Shown: piece after piece, positions 49,704-59,613 of the stretch
How positions within the stretch are numbered: the first letter of the stretch is position 1
How the letters are laid out: each line of letters begins with the position of its first letter
From: Patescibacteria group bacterium
GTDB lineage: Bacteria > Patescibacteriota > WWE3 > UBA101185 > UBA10185
Direction of reading: 5' to 3'
NCBI GenBank assembly: GCA_016926555.1
Contig: JAFGOI010000004.1
Span: forward strand, 64,776 to 128,775
DNA length: 64,000 nt
Notes under the pieces: model-generated
What the model was told of the DNA's origin: nothing
The model's database searches: none
What the model saw: only the letters and a program-made list of their open reading frames with translations
Translations under genes and position numbers: made by a program

Positions 49704-51210
49704 GCCTCTATTTATGATTTTTATTCTCGCGCTGGCTCTTCGGTGGATTGGCAGCACACATGGATTCCCTTTTATCTTTCATCCCGATGAACCCACTATT
49801 GTGAGGGAAGCTCTGAACCTGAGATTTACTAGAAATCCGGGCCACTTTGACTGGCCGCATTTGTATATGTATCTGAACTACTTTTTGTTTATGTTCTTTG
49901 CAAAGCTGCGGGATCTGGCAGCTGTACAGGGTTTGAAGCCTTATCTAAGTGCGAATATTCCGATACTGTGGAACGATAACTTGGTATTTTATCTGCTTGC
50001 TAGACTTCTTTCGGGATTTTTTGGCGCGTTAACCGTAATCCCGGTTTATTACACCGGTAAAGTTTTATTTGATAAGAAAACAGCTATAATCTCAGCTTTT
50101 ATTTTCTCTGTTCTACCTTTTCACGTGTGGCATTCACACTATTCAATGGGAGATGTTCCAATGGTGTTTTTTATTGCTTTGAATATGTATTTTTCGGCTA
50201 AAATATTCAAAGAAAACGAGGCAAAAAATTATTTGCTGGCAGGGCTTTCCATTGGATTAGCGTCTTCTGTTAAATATAATGCTGTTTTATTGTGCTTAAC
50301 TGTGCCGCTTGCGCATATTTTTAGGATTCTCAATGATCGAAAAGAAAAGTTTTTTAATTTTGATACACTTATGAATCTAGTATTTTCCGGATTATGTGCC
50401 ATCGCAGGTTTTGTTGCTGGGACGCCTTACGCTGTGATGGATTACAAGACCTTTCTTATAAGTGATAGCCCAAAGGGTGCTCTTTGGCAGTTTGTGAATG
50501 TTGGTTCAGTGGATTCATCACAGCGTTTTACGAAATTTTTTACTGAAATGGTTCATAGGGTTTCAGATGATGTGGGTTATGTGGTTCTTGCCGCGTTTTT
50601 CATTGTTTTAGCAGTATTATTGTATAAATTGGCTGTGAGGAAGTTTTCGAAGAAAGATTATACTTTATGGTACTTAGTTATTCCCCCGTTTATTTCGCTT
50701 GTGTATGTTTCAGGATTCGACAGTACCAGATCGCACTACTATATGATAGCCTACCCGTTTCTGGCCGTTGTGTACGCTTATATTGTTTGTTATTTTTCTT
50801 CCTTAGTGAAGAAAAGTTATATGATTGAGTTTTTTTCGGTTGTTCTTTTGATTTTTCCGTTGTTTTATTTTTCCGTGATAAAAACGTATATATTTGCAAG
50901 GGAGGATACAAGAAATGTTTTATTTTCTTGGGCTAATCAACATGTGGATTTGAATACCCCGATAATTTCAGGAAATGATGAATATATTTATATGGTTTTG
51001 TCTTCGAAATATAAAAATATTTATAAAGGGTATTCTAGTTATAGTATTTCTCCCTTTGGATTGGGATATTTAGTTGTGGCTGTGAGTGATGAAAGCCCAA
51101 AACAGGCTTTTGAGAGGTTTACATATCTACCCAAGCTTAATCTTGTTTATTCTATAAATAATACGTATAGGCGGGGACCGTTTATTAATATTTATGAGTA
51201 TAGAAAATGA
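49684..51210 (+). CDS. GT-C-fold (PMT_2/GT39-like) membrane glycosyltransferase
   Basis: HPDE first-loop motif, ARLLSGFFGALTV, GLASSVKYNA. Confidence 0.8.
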   Translation: MTKKLTEPLFMIFILALALRWIGSTHGFPFIFHPDEPTIVREALNLRFTRNPGHFDWPHLYMYLNYFLFMFFAKLRDLAAVQGLKPYLSANIPILWNDNLVFYLLARLLSGFFGALTVIPVYYTGKVLFDKKTAIISAFIFSVLPFHVWHSHYSMGDVPMVFFIALNMYFSAKIFKENEAKNYLLAGLSIGLASSVKYNAVLLCLTVPLAHIFRILNDRKEKFFNFDTLMNLVFSGLCAIAGFVAGTPYAVMDYKTFLISDSPKGALWQFVNVGSVDSSQRFTKFFTEMVHRVSDDVGYVVLAAFFIVLAVLLYKLAVRKFSKKDYTLWYLVIPPFISLVYVSGFDSTRSHYYMIAYPFLAVVYAYIVCYFSSLVKKSYMIEFFSVVLLIFPLFYFSVIKTYIFAREDTRNVLFSWANQHVDLNTPIISGNDEYIYMVLSSKYKNIYKGYSSYSISPFGLGYLVVAVSDESPKQAFERFTYLPKLNLVYSINNTYRRGPFINIYEYRK

Positions 51211-52838
51211 AACTGATTTTACGCTATAAATATGAAATATGTGTGTTTCTGCTTTTTGTTATCAGTAGGCTGCCCTCTTTAGGAAATGACTGTTTTAATA
51301 CGGATGTGTGGAAATGGAAAACGAGGAGTTATGATTTCGGTACAGGTGTATTTACACTAGATTTTGCAAAAACCAGTCAAAAGTATCATCCGGGAGTTAC
51401 TTTAATGTGGCTGGGGACTTTTGGTGTCAAAGTATTTAACCTCTATTATGATCTAGTATATGGCTCTGAAACTATTTCATTGTCTCCTACGCAAGATTAT
51501 TTAGTGAGGATTTTTGGTCTACACTTTGTTCAAAAATTATTTGTTGTCGTTGTGATAGGAGTTACACTGGTTTTTCTATTTAAAGCTTTGGAGAAAATTA
51601 TTGATAGGAAATACGCTGCTATTACTATATTTTTAATTGCGTTTGAGCCTTTTTTCTTAGCTTTAAGCAGAGTATTTCATCTTGAAGGTCTTCTTTCTGT
51701 TTTTATGGTCACTTCTGTGGTGTGGTTCTATATTTACCTGACTGGAAAAAGCGAAAAGAAGGCATTGCTTATTTCAGGAGTATTTGGAGGTTTATCGTTT
51801 CTAACAAAGACTTCTGCGGTGTACCTTGTTCCTTACGTGTTTCTAGTGTCCTTTATTTGGCTTAGTAAAATCAAGGATAATAAAAATGGAAGATTTGTTC
51901 CTGAATATGTAAAAACGGTTTTCTCGTGGATATTGATATCCCTGTCTGTGGTTGTGATATTGTGGCCCGCGTTGTGGGTGGATTTTTCAAATGTTGTGTC
52001 TAATCTATACAGGGGAGTTTCTGAAATTGGTATTGAACAAGAACATTCACAGATATATTTTGGCAAGCGCGTAGAGAATCCGGGTTTAACCTACTATTTG
52101 GTGGTATTACTACTAAGATCTTCTCCTTATTTATTAGTTGGATGTTTCAGTATGTATTTTTTAATTAAAAATGGCCGATTTGAGGATAAGAAAGATTTCG
52201 TATTTTATCTTTTTATATTTTCACTTTTTTATTTGATGCAGCATACGATTCCATCAAAAAAATTGGATAGATATATACTACCGGCAATTGTGGGTATGGT
52301 TCCCATTGCGTCGTTCTTCTTTTATGATCTTGTACAAAATAAAAGCATATCTAAAAATATTAAAGTGGCTGTTTTGCTATTTCCTTTGATTACAGCGGTC
52401 TATATACATCCGGACTACTTTTCCTACTATAATCCGTTTTTCGGAGGTATAAGAACGGGGATTAAAGTAATTGAACCTAAATGGATGATCGGACAAAGTG
52501 AAATTACAAAGTATTTTGAAGAATTAATTAAAGAGCGAGGAATTACAGGAGATAATGAGTGCCCATCTTTCGAATGTGTTATTGACAGTAACAAAACCAA
52601 AGATGTTCTTTCAGTAGGATTTCCTGAGAAATATTACACACAGGTACATCCATTTATTAGGAAAATTGGCGGTTGGGCAGTTATAAAGGATTTGACGCCC
52701 TTTGCAAAGCATACCAATTTTTTCGTTTATCCCGTGTGGGAAGACGATTCTTCTTTGGAGGACAGATTTAAGCTAAACTATATTGGTACCATTAAGGTAA
52801 AAGGAGTGGATGTATACAATGTTTACGAAAGTAATTAA
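51207..52838 (+). CDS. GT-C-fold membrane glycosyltransferase, paralog of 48138-49703
   Basis: NTDVWKW, YHPGVTLMW, EPFFL, RVFHLE, KKLDRY, YFSYYNP. Confidence 0.75.
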   Translation: MKLILRYKYEICVFLLFVISRLPSLGNDCFNTDVWKWKTRSYDFGTGVFTLDFAKTSQKYHPGVTLMWLGTFGVKVFNLYYDLVYGSETISLSPTQDYLVRIFGLHFVQKLFVVVVIGVTLVFLFKALEKIIDRKYAAITIFLIAFEPFFLALSRVFHLEGLLSVFMVTSVVWFYIYLTGKSEKKALLISGVFGGLSFLTKTSAVYLVPYVFLVSFIWLSKIKDNKNGRFVPEYVKTVFSWILISLSVVVILWPALWVDFSNVVSNLYRGVSEIGIEQEHSQIYFGKRVENPGLTYYLVVLLLRSSPYLLVGCFSMYFLIKNGRFEDKKDFVFYLFIFSLFYLMQHTIPSKKLDRYILPAIVGMVPIASFFFYDLVQNKSISKNIKVAVLLFPLITAVYIHPDYFSYYNPFFGGIRTGIKVIEPKWMIGQSEITKYFEELIKERGITGDNECPSFECVIDSNKTKDVLSVGFPEKYYTQVHPFIRKIGGWAVIKDLTPFAKHTNFFVYPVWEDDSSLEDRFKLNYIGTIKVKGVDVYNVYESN

Positions 52839-54075
52839 GAATCCCGAATTACAGGGAACAATAATCATTACAACCGGAAGTATAATTGGAAGCTTTTTTG
52901 CTTATCTTCTTCAATTTTTCTTGGGTCGAATGCTGTCTGTCGAAAATTATGGATCTTTTAGTGCTTTAATTTCTGTTTCTACAATAGTTGGCGTGTTTGC
53001 GGGTGTGTTTGTTATTGCATTAGTTAAAATAGTGTCTGAGCTGGTTGCGAAGGAAGATTTTGAGAGAGTGACAGCGTTATTTTGGAAGGTAACCCTCTGG
53101 GGACTTTTGTACGGGCTCGTGGCGTTTTTCTTGGTTTATATACTAAAGAATTATATCTCGAGTACACTAAAGATTTCTGATGTTACAGCTATAGTATTTT
53201 TCGGGTGGTTTCTGGGAATGAATTTATTTCCTCCTATATCGCGATCTTACCTTCAAGCCCTTTTAAGATATAAAGCATTGGCTTTCTTTCTAGTTTATAG
53301 CGGGTTTTTAAGGTTTGTTTTTCCGGTTGTTTTTGTTTATTTTGGCTATGCATTGTCCGGTGTTTTTTTTGGAATGGGGATAGGGTTGGCACTTTCGTTT
53401 GTTTTCTCGCTGCTTTTATTGCGTAAAAACTTTAGAAAACACGAGATAATTGATCTGTCCGAGCAGTATGAGAAATTTCTTATGCTGGGACTGCCTATTA
53501 CGATTCTATTTCTTGGTTTGATGATTCTTAGCAATATGGATATGATTCTCGTGAAAAGATTTTTTGATCCAGACCTAGCGGGATATTATGCCGGAACAGT
53601 AACACTTGGAAAAATACTTCTCTTTGGGGCGGGTTCGGTCAACTTGATTATGTTTCCGCAAATTTCAGCGGTATATACAAAAGGAGAAAATTATATCGAA
53701 AAATTCAAAAAGTTGCTATTCATGCAAATAGGTGTGGTAATTGCCGGGGTTGTCCCCTATATAGCATTTCCGAAATTTCTCACGACGGCATTCTTCGGGA
53801 AGAGTTTTCTGGGTTCAGTCGAATATTTACCTCTGTTCTCTATTTTTGTTGGATTATATGTATTAGTAAATTTTATGGTGTTGTTTTTTCTCGCGATAGA
53901 TAAAAAAAACGTTTTTTGGTTTCTTGTACCAGGTGTAACACTCCAAACTCTATTGATTTATTTTCTGCATGCGGATTTGTATCAGGTTATATATATAAAC
54001 ATAGGGGTTTCCTTAGCTACTTGTTTGGCACTATTTATTTACTATAGAAAAACTGTATCTCAAGCTCTATTTTAG
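52810..54075 (+). CDS. Wzx-like polysaccharide flippase
   Basis: GRMLSVENYG, DMILVKRFF...AGYYA, about 12 TMs. Confidence 0.8.
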   Translation: MYTMFTKVIKNPELQGTIIITTGSIIGSFFAYLLQFFLGRMLSVENYGSFSALISVSTIVGVFAGVFVIALVKIVSELVAKEDFERVTALFWKVTLWGLLYGLVAFFLVYILKNYISSTLKISDVTAIVFFGWFLGMNLFPPISRSYLQALLRYKALAFFLVYSGFLRFVFPVVFVYFGYALSGVFFGMGIGLALSFVFSLLLLRKNFRKHEIIDLSEQYEKFLMLGLPITILFLGLMILSNMDMILVKRFFDPDLAGYYAGTVTLGKILLFGAGSVNLIMFPQISAVYTKGENYIEKFKKLLFMQIGVVIAGVVPYIAFPKFLTTAFFGKSFLGSVEYLPLFSIFVGLYVLVNFMVLFFLAIDKKNVFWFLVPGVTLQTLLIYFLHADLYQVIYINIGVSLATCLALFIYYRKTVSQALF

Positions 54076-54092
54076 TATAATACGGGGTATAT

Positions 54093-54905
54093 ATGTTAGT
54101 TTCAATAATTATTCCGGTATACAAAAAGGAAGAAACTGTAGTTAAAGATATTTTGAATATTTGGAAAACAGTTAAACAGACCAGATGGGATTGTGAGTTG
54201 ATAGTTGTTATTGATGGTTTTGTAGATAAAAGTTTTGAGAGGGCGAAGACGATAAAAAAGAAGAATATTAAAGTTTTCGGATATCCGACAAATAAAGGAA
54301 AAGGATATGCTGTAAAGTATGGTATGGCGCGTGCTAGAGGGGATTTGGTTGCTTTTATAGATTCTGGTATGGAGATAAATCCAAATAGTATTTCAATGGT
54401 TCTTGAACATATGGAATGGTATGATGCCGATGTAATAGTTGGCAGTAAGAGGCACCCTGCCTCTAAGACCAATTTAACGGCATTGAGGAAATTATATAGC
54501 TGGGGTTATTATCAACTTGTTAAGTATTTGTTTGGTTTGAGAGTAAAAGATACACAGGCTGGTTTAAAAGTTTTTAGAAGAAAAGTGTTAGAAAAGGTTC
54601 TTCCTCGGCTTTTAGTGAAGGAGTACGCATTTGATGTGGAACTTCTTGCCGTGACAAATCATCTCGGCTTTACGAGAATTTATGAGGCTCCTATTGAGAT
54701 AACATTGGATTTTGACAATTCTAGGTTTTCGAAAAATTGGTTTCCATTTATGGATAAACATATTCGGAAAATGATGGTGGATACACTTGCCGTCTTTTAT
54801 AGGCTTTATCTTCTTCGATACTATGACGATACAAGCAAGAGAAAATGGACATATGATAATGAGCTAAAAATGAGGATTAATACTGGAGAAGTAACTTATG
54901 ATTAA
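54093..54905 (+). CDS. GT2, polyprenol-phosphate glycosyltransferase-like
   Basis: NKGKGYAV, GSKRH, DTQAGLK, FDVELL. Confidence 0.85.
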   Translation: MLVSIIIPVYKKEETVVKDILNIWKTVKQTRWDCELIVVIDGFVDKSFERAKTIKKKNIKVFGYPTNKGKGYAVKYGMARARGDLVAFIDSGMEINPNSISMVLEHMEWYDADVIVGSKRHPASKTNLTALRKLYSWGYYQLVKYLFGLRVKDTQAGLKVFRRKVLEKVLPRLLVKEYAFDVELLAVTNHLGFTRIYEAPIEITLDFDNSRFSKNWFPFMDKHIRKMMVDTLAVFYRLYLLRYYDDTSKRKWTYDNELKMRINTGEVTYD

Positions 54906-55911
54906 GTTTAGTATCATCATTCCTTGTAGATCAATTACGGATTTTTTGAAAGAGAGTATTCCTTACCTCAAAAAATTAAATTATAAACAGTACGAGATTC
55001 TCATTGTACTTGATAATGATGATGCATATGATTTCAGGGATAACAGGTTTAAGGTGCTGGTTTCGGGACCGGTTGGTCCCGCGGAGAAAAGAAATCTCGC
55101 GGTTTCTAAAGCTACAGGTGATATTTTAGCTTTTTTGGATGATGATGCGTTTCCGACTGAAAATTGGTTGGACAAAGCCGCAGAGTATTTTAATGACCCT
55201 TCTGTATACGCGTTAGGAGGTCCTGCGATGACTCCGGGTAACGCCGGTTTCCTTGAATTAGTTTCTGGTTTAATCTTGGAGTCATGTATATCCAGCGGCA
55301 ATACTGTTTATAGGCATCTTCCAAAAAAAGCAAGAAAGATCTCGGATTATCCAACCGTGAATTTGTTTGTCAGAAGGAAGATATTTATCGATGTAAAAGG
55401 ATTTAACACAGATTTTTGGCCCGGAGAGGACACAAAACTATGTTTGGATTTAGTTAAGAAAATGGGTGGGCCTTTTGTTTATGCACCGAATGTGTTGGTT
55501 TATCATCACAGGAGAGATGTGTTTATACCGCATTTGAAGCAGGTATCCCGTTACGGGAAACATCGCGGACAGTTTGCAAAAATATACCCCGAAACATCAA
55601 GGTTGCCATTTTATTTTGTACCTTCCATGTTTGTAGTGTTTTTAGTTTTGGGCGGGATATTGTCAGTGCTATTCAAACAGTATTTTTGGGGATACTTGGG
55701 GGTCATTTCACTGTATGTATGTATTACACTATTAGAAAGTATAAAAGCTTATACCAAGAGTAAGAAAATTTTAGTTGTGCCGTATTTCGTACTTGGAGTT
55801 TTTCTGACGCATCTTGTTTATGGTATAAACTTTATTATTGGTTATTTAGTAAGACCGGAATTAAAATTAAAGAGATATAATGAGAAAACCGGAAATTATA
55901 TGGAAGGATGA
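54898..55911 (+). CDS. GT2 glycosyltransferase with C-terminal TM helices
   Basis: AEKRNLAV, FLDDD, GGP, GEDTKL. Confidence 0.85.
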   Translation: MIKFSIIIPCRSITDFLKESIPYLKKLNYKQYEILIVLDNDDAYDFRDNRFKVLVSGPVGPAEKRNLAVSKATGDILAFLDDDAFPTENWLDKAAEYFNDPSVYALGGPAMTPGNAGFLELVSGLILESCISSGNTVYRHLPKKARKISDYPTVNLFVRRKIFIDVKGFNTDFWPGEDTKLCLDLVKKMGGPFVYAPNVLVYHHRRDVFIPHLKQVSRYGKHRGQFAKIYPETSRLPFYFVPSMFVVFLVLGGILSVLFKQYFWGYLGVISLYVCITLLESIKAYTKSKKILVVPYFVLGVFLTHLVYGINFIIGYLVRPELKLKRYNEKTGNYMEG

Positions 55912-56165
55912 ATATGTCCGAGGAACAAAAAGTCTATAAAAATGCCTCTTCAAAAGTTGTGATTAAGGTTGTAAATGATGCATGTGTTAGCGCTGCTACA
56001 TGTGTAGTTTTTGCGCCCAACACGTTTGACTTGGATGAAAACGGTATCGTATATGCCAAAGAAGGTACATGGGACGAAGCTGAGGAGATAATTAAAGCCG
56101 CCAAGTCGTGCCCTACCACTGCAATAATTGTGGAAGATTTGGATGGAAACAGATTGTATCCTTAA
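55908..56165 (+). CDS. Monocluster ferredoxin, probably [3Fe-4S]
   Basis: CVSAATC (CxxAxxC)...APNTF...CPTTAI; only three Cys. Confidence 0.85.
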   Translation: MNMSEEQKVYKNASSKVVIKVVNDACVSAATCVVFAPNTFDLDENGIVYAKEGTWDEAEEIIKAAKSCPTTAIIVEDLDGNRLYP

Positions 56166-56204
56166 GCTATGTAATTCAAGTGCGATTATAGTATCATTAG
56201 TTTT

Positions 56205-57809
56205 ATGTCCCAAAAGAAGTATAAAATCGTAATAGGATATCCACCGATTGCTCAAGAAAAAGGCACACCTCTTCTGTCTCAGAACAGACAGTTTCAGTAT
56301 TTTAATGCTCCCTGTTATATATATCCCATGGTTCCCGCGTATGCCGCAAGTTTAGCGCAGGAGAGAGGTTATGATGTTGTTTGGATGGATGGGATTGCCG
56401 AGAAGATGTCTTATAGCGAATGGGCAAGCAAGTTTATAAACGAAAAGCCCGATATTCTAATGATAGAGACAAAGGCTCCTGTAGTAAGACAGCACTGGAA
56501 AATAGTTGATGAACTGAAAAATGAACTCCCTGAGTTGGTTATTGTTCTGGTTGGCGATCATGTAACATGTTTTCCTGAGGAGTCGCTTAATTCCTGTAGT
56601 GCCGACTTCATAATTCTGGGGGGAGACTACGATTTTGTACTGTCTGATTTGGCGGATTCTCTTTCAAGCGGTACAACCTTGCCAGGAGGCATATGGGGTA
56701 GAAGTAGTAATAAAAAATTAGAACTTCCGAAAGAAACAGAAAACAAGGGCAAATATTTCGTTACGGGGTCGTCTCAATTAAAACACAAGCTGGACGATCT
56801 TCCTTTTATAGATAGGGATCTTACCAAGTGGAAACTATATGCATATGAGAATGGAAACTACAAGTATAAACCGGCAACTTATATGTACTCCGGGAGAGAC
56901 TGCTGGTGGAATAGGTGCACGTTTTGTATATGGGATCATTCCCTGTATCCACGAGGAAGTTACAGAAGATTTTCGCCTGAAAGACTGTTTGCAGAGGTAA
57001 AACATGTTGTTGATAATTATGGTGTAAGAGAAATTTTTGATGATGCGGGAACTCTATTCGTTGGCCCTCCCCTAAAGAAATTTTGCCAGTTATTAATAGA
57101 CTCAGGTTATAACAAAAAGGTTGTTTATAGCTGTAATATGAGATTAAATGCGCTAAACCAGGAATACTACGATTTGATGGGTAAGGCCAACTTTAGATTT
57201 ATTTTATATGGTATGGAGTCAGCAAATCAGGAAACACTTGATCGGATAGATAAGGGGATGAAAGTTGAAGATATCGAAAAGGGAGTGATAATGGCCAAGA
57301 AAGCTGGCCTAGAACCACATTTAACTGTCATGCTTGGGTATCCGTGGGAAACTGAGGAGATGGTAAAAAATACTATAAATTTGGCGAGAGATTTGTTTAA
57401 AAGAGGTTATGTCGATACGATGCAAGCCACTATAACAATTCCATATCCAGGGACGCCTCTATATAACGAGTGTGTAAAAAATGGCTGGTTGCGCGTGGAC
57501 CCAAAAGATTATGAAGCATTTGATATGCGGGGGCCTGTGATGAAAACACCTTTTCCCGTAGAGAGAATTTATGACTTTACACAGGAATTGTATTCTAGTT
57601 TCTTTACTCCGCAGTATATTATCCGAAAAGTTTTAGCCGTGAGGTCGCCCGATGATGTTAAGTTTCTGTTTATGGCGGCAAGAAGATTGATAGGACATTT
57701 ACTGGATTTTGATAAAGAGCAGGAGGGATCCAGCTGGTTAAATCCTAGTTTCTGGTTTCGGGCTGTAAAAAGCATGTTTAAGCATGTGTTTTCGAAAGAA
57801 AGCAAATAG
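56205..57809 (+). CDS. B12-binding-domain radical SAM protein (HpnJ/class B-like)
   Basis: N-terminal Rossmann-like domain (VLVGDHVT), CWWNRCTFC cluster motif, GMESANQETL, GYPWET, PYPGT. Confidence 0.85.
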   Translation: MSQKKYKIVIGYPPIAQEKGTPLLSQNRQFQYFNAPCYIYPMVPAYAASLAQERGYDVVWMDGIAEKMSYSEWASKFINEKPDILMIETKAPVVRQHWKIVDELKNELPELVIVLVGDHVTCFPEESLNSCSADFIILGGDYDFVLSDLADSLSSGTTLPGGIWGRSSNKKLELPKETENKGKYFVTGSSQLKHKLDDLPFIDRDLTKWKLYAYENGNYKYKPATYMYSGRDCWWNRCTFCIWDHSLYPRGSYRRFSPERLFAEVKHVVDNYGVREIFDDAGTLFVGPPLKKFCQLLIDSGYNKKVVYSCNMRLNALNQEYYDLMGKANFRFILYGMESANQETLDRIDKGMKVEDIEKGVIMAKKAGLEPHLTVMLGYPWETEEMVKNTINLARDLFKRGYVDTMQATITIPYPGTPLYNECVKNGWLRVDPKDYEAFDMRGPVMKTPFPVERIYDFTQELYSSFFTPQYIIRKVLAVRSPDDVKFLFMAARRLIGHLLDFDKEQEGSSWLNPSFWFRAVKSMFKHVFSKESK

Positions 57810-57820
57810 CGGGTTAAAAA

Positions 57821-58561
57821 ATGAAAATTCTTGATATTTTGCTAGACACATTTACTGCTCTAAAAGAAAAAGGATTAAAACATGTAGTTAAGGTTATTAC
57901 TGACGTTGCTGGAGGAAATTTGCATAACTGTTTTTGGTATACGTATGGCAAAGTCTTTAATAAAACGGTTGTCCATGTCATAGGTGATAGTCACGTTAGA
58001 GTTTTTAAGGGCCAAAAACGCTTCATTATTCATCATTTGGGACCTGCTACAGCGTATAATCTTTCAAGTAAACATAGTACAACGGACTCAAATGAGAAGT
58101 TTTGGAATGTTGTTGATACACTTGTTGAAAAGAAAAAAGACAAAATACTCCTTGTTTTTGGCGAGATAGATAGCCGGATACATATTTATAAAGCCTATAA
58201 AAAGAAGGGAAGTTCGATTGACGACGTTATTTACGCTACTATATCCAGATATGACGAAGTTCTTAGTCAGCTAAACGAAAGAGGATATACTTTCTACGTT
58301 CATGGAATTCCACCTGGCTCAAAGCAAGAAAACATATATAACGTTTCCCACTATCCCACACCTGAGATGCGAGCGAAGATTAACAAAAGATTTCATGAGG
58401 TATTAGAAGAGCATTGTAAGAAGAGAGGATACAAGTATATCGATGTATATATGCCGTATGTTAACGAAGAAGGTTTTATTAAGAGAGAATATGAGTTAGA
58501 TGAAGTTCATCTGAACAATAGAATAATTCCTGAGGTGAAGAGAGCCATAAATTTTTACTAG
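57821..58561 (+). CDS. SGNH/GDSL-like hydrolase or acyltransferase
   Basis: IGDSH, FGEID, DEVH motifs. Confidence 0.6.
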   Translation: MKILDILLDTFTALKEKGLKHVVKVITDVAGGNLHNCFWYTYGKVFNKTVVHVIGDSHVRVFKGQKRFIIHHLGPATAYNLSSKHSTTDSNEKFWNVVDTLVEKKKDKILLVFGEIDSRIHIYKAYKKKGSSIDDVIYATISRYDEVLSQLNERGYTFYVHGIPPGSKQENIYNVSHYPTPEMRAKINKRFHEVLEEHCKKRGYKYIDVYMPYVNEEGFIKREYELDEVHLNNRIIPEVKRAINFY

Positions 58562-58569
58562 CACTAACT

Positions 58570-59613
58570 ATGAAAGTAAACTGGCAAAAAATCTCAATAG
58601 TAATGCCGACACTAAATGCCGAGAAGGTATTAGGTAGCGCGCTAGAGTCCATAAAAGTGCAAGATTACCCCAAGGACAAAATAGAGATTATTGTTGCAGA
58701 TGGAAGTTCCTCGGATGGAACTTTAGACTTGGCGAAAAAATATGGGGCGAGAGTAGTTGGGAACAAGTTAAGAACGGGGGAGGCCGGTAAGGCGGCTGCG
58801 TTAAGAGAAGTAAATGGAGAATTTGTTATATTTATAGATTCGGACAATATTCTGCCTACAAAGAATTGGATAAAGCAGATGATTAAACCGTTGATAGACA
58901 ATCCAAATGCTGTTGGCAGTGAACCCTGGAAATATACGTGGAGGAAAGAAGATGGCTTTATTACGAGATATTGCGCGTTAATCGGCATGAACGATCCCCT
59001 GGTACATTTCCTTGGTAACTATGATCGAGTGAATCTCCTGACGGGGAAGTGGACGGAAGTGCCCCATGAAGAGGAAGATATGGGAGATTACCTTCTTGTT
59101 AAATTGGATGAAAGGGGAATTCCCACTATTGGTGCGAATGGAACTGTATTCAGGAAAGCATTTTTGGATAAAAATTGGTCTGGCGATTATTTTTTCGATA
59201 TAGATATCATCCACAAAAAGATACGTTTGGACGGCAGCGTATTGTTTATTAAGGTAAAAAACGGAATTATCCACACTTTTTGCGAGAATAATGTGTCCAA
59301 GTTCATAAGGAAGCAAAAAAGGAGAATAAAAGATTATCTCTACCATCAGTATGTGGCTAAAGACAGAGAATATGATTGGAGCAGCATGGATATATCGGGC
59401 AAAAATAACAAAGGTATACTCCTTTTTATATTCTCGTGTTTGACAGTAATTCCATTGATAATACAGTCTTTAAAGGGATATTTTAGAAAACCGGATATGG
59501 CGTGGTTCTTTCATCCTATAGCTTGCGAAATTACTTTATGGGAATATGGTTGGGCTAAAATTACGGGTATATTTAAAAAAGCGGAAATTAGTAGAAGTAA
59601 CTGGAGGCAGTGA
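58570..59613 (+). CDS. GT2 glycosyltransferase
   Basis: MPTLNAE, ADGSSSDGT, FIDSDN. Confidence 0.88.
   Translation: MKVNWQKISIVMPTLNAEKVLGSALESIKVQDYPKDKIEIIVADGSSSDGTLDLAKKYGARVVGNKLRTGEAGKAAALREVNGEFVIFIDSDNILPTKNWIKQMIKPLIDNPNAVGSEPWKYTWRKEDGFITRYCALIGMNDPLVHFLGNYDRVNLLTGKWTEVPHEEEDMGDYLLVKLDERGIPTIGANGTVFRKAFLDKNWSGDYFFDIDIIHKKIRLDGSVLFIKVKNGIIHTFCENNVSKFIRKQKRRIKDYLYHQYVAKDREYDWSSMDISGKNNKGILLFIFSCLTVIPLIIQSLKGYFRKPDMAWFFHPIACEITLWEYGWAKITGIFKKAEISRSNWRQ

Noticed and set aside
54035-54472. 145-aa minus-strand ORF
   Set aside because: Shadow of the GT2 at 54093; no independent signal
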